DNA of 64,000 nucleotides, taken from the NCBI GenBank assembly GCA_020027215.1, contig JAHRAO010000018.1, positions 10,013-74,012 of the forward strand, in the 5' to 3' direction. A program made the translations under genes and the position numbers. The stretch's first letter is position 1. Every line of letters starts with the position of its first letter. Under the pieces are notes generated by a model. The model was not told the DNA's origin. It saw only the letters and a program-made list of their open reading frames with translations, and made no database searches. Below are positions 59,801-64,000 of this stretch, piece after piece. The DNA is from Gammaproteobacteria bacterium. Its GTDB lineage: Bacteria > Pseudomonadota > Gammaproteobacteria > JABABF01 > JAHRAO01.

Positions 59801-62800
59801 ATTTCCATCATTGAGCGCCTTTTGGGTAAAGGTTGATCCAGAAGCCATTATTGACGAGGTAAATATGTTCAGTAAATCACCTTCTTCGGGTAATTCTGCC
59901 ACTTGGTACACTATTTCTTCGGGCGGGTTATCTACATCTATCCACGATAAGTTCGCGGTTGTAACAGTGACGCTCGTATTGATGACAGGAAGTACTAATG
60001 AAAGCAGACCCTGTCGTTCTTCAGGAATATCATTAATGGGTGTGATTTCTATATTCACCGTATATTGCGGCGACTCTAATCCTTCGTTATCGCTTACCAC
60101 AAAACGAAAGTTATCGGTACCCGAGGTATGGTTTTGCGGCGGGTAATTAGGCTGAGGGTGATAATACAGTACGTACTCCCCATTATTATTGAGGAAGTAC
60201 TGCCCACTGGTGTCAATGGACACACCGTTATTGTCCGCTAAGGTACCGTTAGTTGGGCTACTTGTCAAGCGCACGCGCAAAGAAGTTCCTATATCTTCTA
60301 CATCGGCGCCGCGCAAAACAATTTGCACCGAACTATCTTCCACCACGACCACGTTCGCACTAGACGGAAGCAAGTTCCCCACCCCCGCCACAGGCGTACT
60401 ATCATTAATGGCAACACTCGGAGTATCATTAATCGGTTGAATCATGAGTGTCACTGTGGTCGGTAGTGAACTAGAGACGAAGTCATTCGCCACAAAAGTC
60501 GCAGTATCTTGACCGTTTTCATGAAGATTGGTAGTATAGGTTAGAGTGGCCACTCCGGCGACAAAGGAACCGGTAGTCGGCACTATAGTACCCTTTAAAG
60601 GTGCTGATAATATTTCATAAGACAAGGCATCGCCATCAACATCCATTGCGCGAAGAGTAATCGTGCTGGATGTATCTTCATCCAGCATTACTTGAACAGG
60701 AGTAGCGGTTGGGGTGTCATTGACGGGGATAATGGTTACGGATAAGGATGCCGGAAGCGAATCTGTGCTGCCATCATTGATTGTATAAGTAATGGTCGTC
60801 AATCCAAAAAAATTCGGCGGTGGTCGATAATGGACAATAAAGGTCGCGCTTGTGATACTGTCGCCTTGTAACATTCCACTCGTCGCAGAAAACATGGCAC
60901 CCGGCGGCGATGAACGCAATAGCCACGACAAAGGATCGCCATCACTATCGCTCCCGCGCACCGTGAGGGGGATTAATGTATCTTCAAGTCCCATAAAACT
61001 ATCGGAAATAGCGAGTGGTCTGTCTGGTTGATTATAGACAATAAAATTGATTGTGGGGCGGAGTAAAGTGCCGTATTGAAAGACAAAATTGTCCAGTCCG
61101 CGAAAATGAGCCCTTGGGCGATAGTTCAGCGTGGCAATACCATCAATAAAATTGATTGCACTCCCTACACCGAGCATATTTCCCGCCATCATTAAATTAC
61201 CAGAACTGAGTTGTATGATAGTGCCCGTAGTCGTACCGCTCAATGGCAATCTGATATCTACAGTAAAATCGACATCGGTATCTTCGTTTAATAATACGGT
61301 CACCGTCGGTGTAGTCGGTAAGTCGGCAATCGGCGTGACTGCTATACTAATCGTATGAGGAGATGATTGTAATAAGCTATTCACATTATAGGCAATAAAA
61401 TTGATTTGGTCTGACCCATTGTAATTAGGATGCGGCCTATAAAGACTACCAGTGAGTGAACCGTTTTGCGGCACGGAAGTAAATATAAAAGCTATATTAC
61501 CAGCATCAACATTGGTCGTAACCGATTCTAAAGACAATTGTAAGTCAATTACCCCATCTTCATTGACAGCGGTAATCAAATCGGCACTCGATGGCGGGTC
61601 TGCAGCATCATGCACCATAATGGTCACCGTAACTGCGGTAGAGAATGTTCCGCCAGAATCGCTTACCCGATATGCTAGCGTTTCCATGCCGACAAAATGA
61701 GCAGCAGGAGTATACAATAAAGATAATTGCCGCAACGCCACATGCGTAGCAGAAAAAGTAGCGGTCGTTCCAGCGGCAAGTGTCCCAGGTGTTCCCATTA
61801 AGCTTAAAGTGCCACTGGATGGCACACTGATCAATTCTACATAACCATCACTCAATCCCTCTCTATCCTGTGCATTGATGACCACTAACGCTGTCGTATC
61901 TTCTAATACATGGATAATCGTTGCATTTTGGGTCGAAGTCCCCACACCAGTTATTGGCGCATCAGGAACTGGATGGACGGTAAAGAATACTTGCGCCTCG
62001 GCAGAAGTAAAAGTGCCGTCATGCACCGCGTAAGTCATAAAATCTAAGCCAAAAAAGTGGGGGGATGGGGTATATTGAATGTTTGGCAAACTAGGAATGA
62101 TAGAACCATGGCGGGGTGGCGTAATAATCCGGTATGTGAGTGCATCACCATCTACATCACTCCCCCCTTGTAAAATGAAATTGGCAACCGTATCTTCCTG
62201 TAAGGGAACCTGAATTTGTGGAGCAGTCGGAAGATCATCCACCGGATTAATGAAAACGGTGACTGAACTTTCTCCCAGACTAAATGTTTGGGTGGCGACT
62301 TCAAATTGTATATTCCACGAATCGCTCCCATTGTAATTAGGAAGAGGCGTGTAGGTCAGGACATTGCTGGTTGTACAACCTATACCGACCAAAGAACCCA
62401 TACTGGTGATACTGCCTGAAGTGGGCAATAATGTGACACAAACCCGTGCAGTTGCGGCATTGAAAGTGATAGTGAGCGAACTATCCTCATTGAGCGTAAA
62501 AGTAGAGGTGGCTATGCTGAAGTTCGCCGTACTCACATCAGTATGAAAAAAGGTGGGGGTCGATAACGGAGCAACATCTATCTGTAACACACGGAACGTG
62601 ATAGTTGCTGTTGCGGATAAAACATTTTTATCATCCATTACTCGGAACAGCGCGGTGGTGTCGCCGACAAAATCAGGAGGCGCAAAATAATGTAAGGGAG
62701 AAGAAGTGCCCGTATACATGTTTGTCCTAAAATTGAAACTCGGGCGCATAGTGAGAGTACTCCCGATACTAAATGGCATTCCTTGATACAAAAATACACC

Positions 62801-64000
62801 TGTGGAGGGTAATGCTGTTATTTGTAACACAGCCGAGTTGCTGTCCACATCTGCACTGCTCAGCGTAAACTGGGCAGTCGTCCCTTGCGCTACTGCAATA
62901 GTGGAATCATTGGCAATGGGAGGAGCATTATTGATGGTAATATGCACGGTTGCAGGTGCAGACATTGCTCCATCTGCATCATGGACGCGAAAGGTAAAAT
63001 GCGCCGTGGTTTGTGTCCCTGTCGGAGTGTATAACACTTGATTATTCTGCACTGGAGACAAGATGCCCGCTGTTGGGGGAGTAACAATCGTAAAAAACAG
63101 ATCGGTCATGGTGTGATCGGCATCGGAGGCAGCAAGAGTAATCACTGTAGGTACTGCCGCTACCAAAACTGCAGAAACGGGCGTAGCAACGGGTGGGTCA
63201 TTGACGGGGAGGATAAGCACCGTATTGATGACAGTAGTATCTCCGCCGTCAGGATCACGGATATTGACGCGCAATGTATCGCTACCAAAAAATTGAGCAT
63301 TCGGGGTGTATTGCACGCCTATAGTCGCGATACCACTTGTATTGACAGTAAAGGCGGTGGAAGTCAACATCGCCATACCATTTGTGGGTGCCGTAACGAT
63401 TTGGGGGATCAATAAAGTGCTATCTATGTCCCGTAACCGATAATAAAATGACAGATTACTATCCTCTTCACCGCGCACAGGAAAAGTAGTCAATATTTGC
63501 TGTGTGCCACTAACCACAAAAGATTCAATAAACATCGGCGGGTCATTGACTGATTGGACAGTCACCATCAAGGTAATATTCGATGAGCACCCTGCATCAA
63601 TTCCGGTGCCAATTCCACTATCGCATACTCGTATCATCGCGCGAGCGCTACCCGTGAAATGATCTGGTGGACGGTAGCGTAAAGGCAATTGTGTACTGAT
63701 TGTTCCAGATGAGAGAGTGAGCACATGAATAAATAATGCCCCCGTTGTGCTGTCAATATCGTCAACGTGCAAGTCGCTCAGAGTCAACTCCAATACACTA
63801 TCTTCAAGAATGGTACGCGTTATTGTCATTTCCGTCGAAACGGGAAGATCATTGACGGCAACAACTTGAATCATCACGGTCGCCACCGGGGTCAAAAATC
63901 CATCAATACCATTAGACACGCGGAAGGTAAAACTATCGTTACCGTGGTAATTTGCATCGGGGCTATAGTGCAATGTGCGCCGCCCATTGGTTAAAAGGCC
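56840..64000 (-). CDS. Giant cadherin-like/VCBS-repeat adhesin (partial; N-terminus beyond window end), with thrombospondin-type-3-like Ca-binding repeats and a C-terminal hydrophobic helix plus basic tail
   Basis: Over 2377 aa of ~100-aa beta repeats, each ending in a VNDxP/INDTP/VNDLP motif (e.g. VAVNDLPV, VNDPPMF, PVNDPPVA, VNDTPTA, INDTPSV), with DSDNDG repeats near the C-terminal region. The tail reads ...PPTPILARGGAIGQIILYLLLLLVGVKIYLIIARKIKLCRFINQ. The reading frame runs to the window edge. Confidence 0.7.
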   Translation of the reverse strand, partial: GLLTNGRRTLHYSPDANYHGNDSFTFRVSNGIDGFLTPVATVMIQVVAVNDLPVSTEMTITRTILEDSVLELTLSDLHVDDIDSTTGALFIHVLTLSSGTISTQLPLRYRPPDHFTGSARAMIRVCDSGIGTGIDAGCSSNITLMVTVQSVNDPPMFIESFVVSGTQQILTTFPVRGEEDSNLSFYYRLRDIDSTLLIPQIVTAPTNGMAMLTSTAFTVNTSGIATIGVQYTPNAQFFGSDTLRVNIRDPDGGDTTVINTVLILPVNDPPVATPVSAVLVAAVPTVITLAASDADHTMTDLFFTIVTPPTAGILSPVQNNQVLYTPTGTQTTAHFTFRVHDADGAMSAPATVHITINNAPPIANDSTIAVAQGTTAQFTLSSADVDSNSAVLQITALPSTGVFLYQGMPFSIGSTLTMRPSFNFRTNMYTGTSSPLHYFAPPDFVGDTTALFRVMDDKNVLSATATITFRVLQIDVAPLSTPTFFHTDVSTANFSIATSTFTLNEDSSLTITFNAATARVCVTLLPTSGSITSMGSLVGIGCTTSNVLTYTPLPNYNGSDSWNIQFEVATQTFSLGESSVTVFINPVDDLPTAPQIQVPLQEDTVANFILQGGSDVDGDALTYRIITPPRHGSIIPSLPNIQYTPSPHFFGLDFMTYAVHDGTFTSAEAQVFFTVHPVPDAPITGVGTSTQNATIIHVLEDTTALVVINAQDREGLSDGYVELISVPSSGTLSLMGTPGTLAAGTTATFSATHVALRQLSLLYTPAAHFVGMETLAYRVSDSGGTFSTAVTVTIMVHDAADPPSSADLITAVNEDGVIDLQLSLESVTTNVDAGNIAFIFTSVPQNGSLTGSLYRPHPNYNGSDQINFIAYNVNSLLQSSPHTISIAVTPIADLPTTPTVTVLLNEDTDVDFTVDIRLPLSGTTTGTIIQLSSGNLMMAGNMLGVGSAINFIDGIATLNYRPRAHFRGLDNFVFQYGTLLRPTINFIVYNQPDRPLAISDSFMGLEDTLIPLTVRGSDSDGDPLSWLLRSSPPGAMFSATSGMLQGDSITSATFIVHYRPPPNFFGLTTITYTINDGSTDSLPASLSVTIIPVNDTPTATPVQVMLDEDTSSTITLRAMDVDGDALSYEILSAPLKGTIVPTTGSFVAGVATLTYTTNLHENGQDTATFVANDFVSSSLPTTVTLMIQPINDTPSVAINDSTPVAGVGNLLPSSANVVVVEDSSVQIVLRGADVEDIGTSLRVRLTSSPTNGTLADNNGVSIDTSGQYFLNNNGEYVLYYHPQPNYPPQNHTSGTDNFRFVVSDNEGLESPQYTVNIEITPINDIPEERQGLLSLVLPVINTSVTVTTANLSWIDVDNPPEEIVYQVAELPEEGDLLNIFTSSIMASGSTFTQKALNDGNIVYNHHIPRGDASNGRDEILYAVHDTDAPAMVVTQTLVAIIDSNNTTPTIVTATIWVDEGGVVAIDDNVLRLIDRDGPLDFDIIYTLISTPQYGVLMLEHGFLGTGDIFSQEDVNDDLMRDMMGIDQRLRYVHDGSENPNPPIRTTSFNLTVYDGATVSLPLSLQINIRDVNDVPHIVSTGTLVLDEGSEAVLTSMSLSVADNDHPVSQILYNIVQEPSYGRLIKADTPDERVTQFSQAMLDAGMVSYRHDGSETTSDKFIYLVRDGANDTISNQFYDIEVNPVNDTPVAYPDYFSVISSCETPPVINRFMPQRNDFDSENQFLDIVQVTPIQASATITIDTETNSIHYIPLCRQVTLPQQPEVMHYTISDEDGARSSSTIQVVITLPHDSDNDGLPNEWEIIYGLNPLNADSDNDGISDALEDLDGDLLPNANEYFMDQLPGYAVVWQLSQMQQIIAAVGRLTPLSALERPSAQLFNTSQSLTVFAPAVSLSLTTGRHIITWRATFEGISQPVESTINQTIYIIPIVEVGNNQVLGEGSTGTIQFILNGVTPFYPVTVTYTVSGTAMVGDSCASGVDVVLPSFRNTMITQGQTSAAINFSICNDDVQEGEETIVVRLQSAIGATLRGNRDHRISIIEDNFPSTAWFDLRQDGVLLSNNVIPISTTPVSVLLNIRDPNADNQQNISWRGSDASFAAPMSSVRMFSFDARNLIPHRLYRLAVTITDNGAPPMRTDIASVWRASTVTQHSSLPMHVMHVYPNSSPPYLIETMPGLVLQPSAIALAGSTISGGVGVTYHQIAQFGGENGDMVTSTAIVTDSKFVDISAIYSFVVNRAMPGQDIGIIFELPIGLTSDAQWRRYNRRAGMWQSVVANAASGTQFASIIGDSTRGCPPPGSSAYVLGLHGSSRCVRISLRDGGIYDDDRMANGVLETTIKLALPQKVIPPTPILARGGAIGQIILYLLLLLVGVKIYLIIARKIKLCRFINQ

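Noticed and set aside
56850-63994. Numerous 60-125 aa plus-strand ORFs inside the giant adhesin gene
   Set aside because: They are shadow ORFs in a long repetitive gene. None has an RBS or recognisable domain, and the minus-strand frame is continuous with a clear repeat structure.
1-64000. Search for CRISPR arrays, IS elements, integrases, phage structural genes and toxin-antitoxin pairs
   Set aside because: I saw no regularly spaced direct repeats, no transposase- or integrase-like ORFs, and no small paired ORFs of TA type. The only mobility hint is the AT-rich MTase insertion.

Overview
This 64 kb window reads as a gammaproteobacterial chromosome of moderate GC content, and the family assignments below come from recognising motifs by eye, not from a search. 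I found no rRNA, CRISPR array, IS element, transposase or integrase. Coding density is high, with many translationally coupled operons (ATGA/TGATG overlaps).

Most of the window is housekeeping:
- an LPS-core-like trio of two glycosyltransferases plus a LpxL-family acyltransferase;
- gatB;
- a cca-family nucleotidyltransferase;
- a tRNA-Pro(TGG), tRNA-Arg(TCT), tRNA-His(GTG) cluster;
- folD;
- an M3 oligopeptidase lipoprotein;
- mltD;
- a complete Entner-Doudoroff operon zwf-pgl-edd-eda;
- a GldA/GldF/GldG-like ABC-2 transporter followed by a DUF4340-like protein;
- gatC-gatA sitting immediately after a TonB-dependent receptor gene;
- ugd divergent from purB;
- a BI-1/YccA membrane protein;
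- tusDCB;
- an AddAB-type helicase-nuclease pair;
- an O-antigen-like cluster with two tandem GT2 paralogs, an RmlC-like epimerase, rfbF and two SDR epimerase/dehydratases;
- mutL, cysS-glnS and lpxH.

Accessory or unusual content:
- an orphan beta-class DNA methyltransferase fused to a C-terminal T5orf172 (GIY-YIG-like) domain, with a decayed remnant of a paralogous MTase at the other polysaccharide cluster;
- two tandem Tat-signal paralogs of unknown function;
- a DXD-motif protein downstream of an AT-rich divergent promoter;
- a tightly coupled minus-strand operon: giant cadherin/VCBS-repeat adhesin (over 2377 aa, running off the window), then a 299-aa predicted outer-membrane beta-barrel, then a 784-aa lipoprotein with three confirmed CXXCH heme-binding motifs. 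This operon is the most interesting candidate for an undescribed system in the window.
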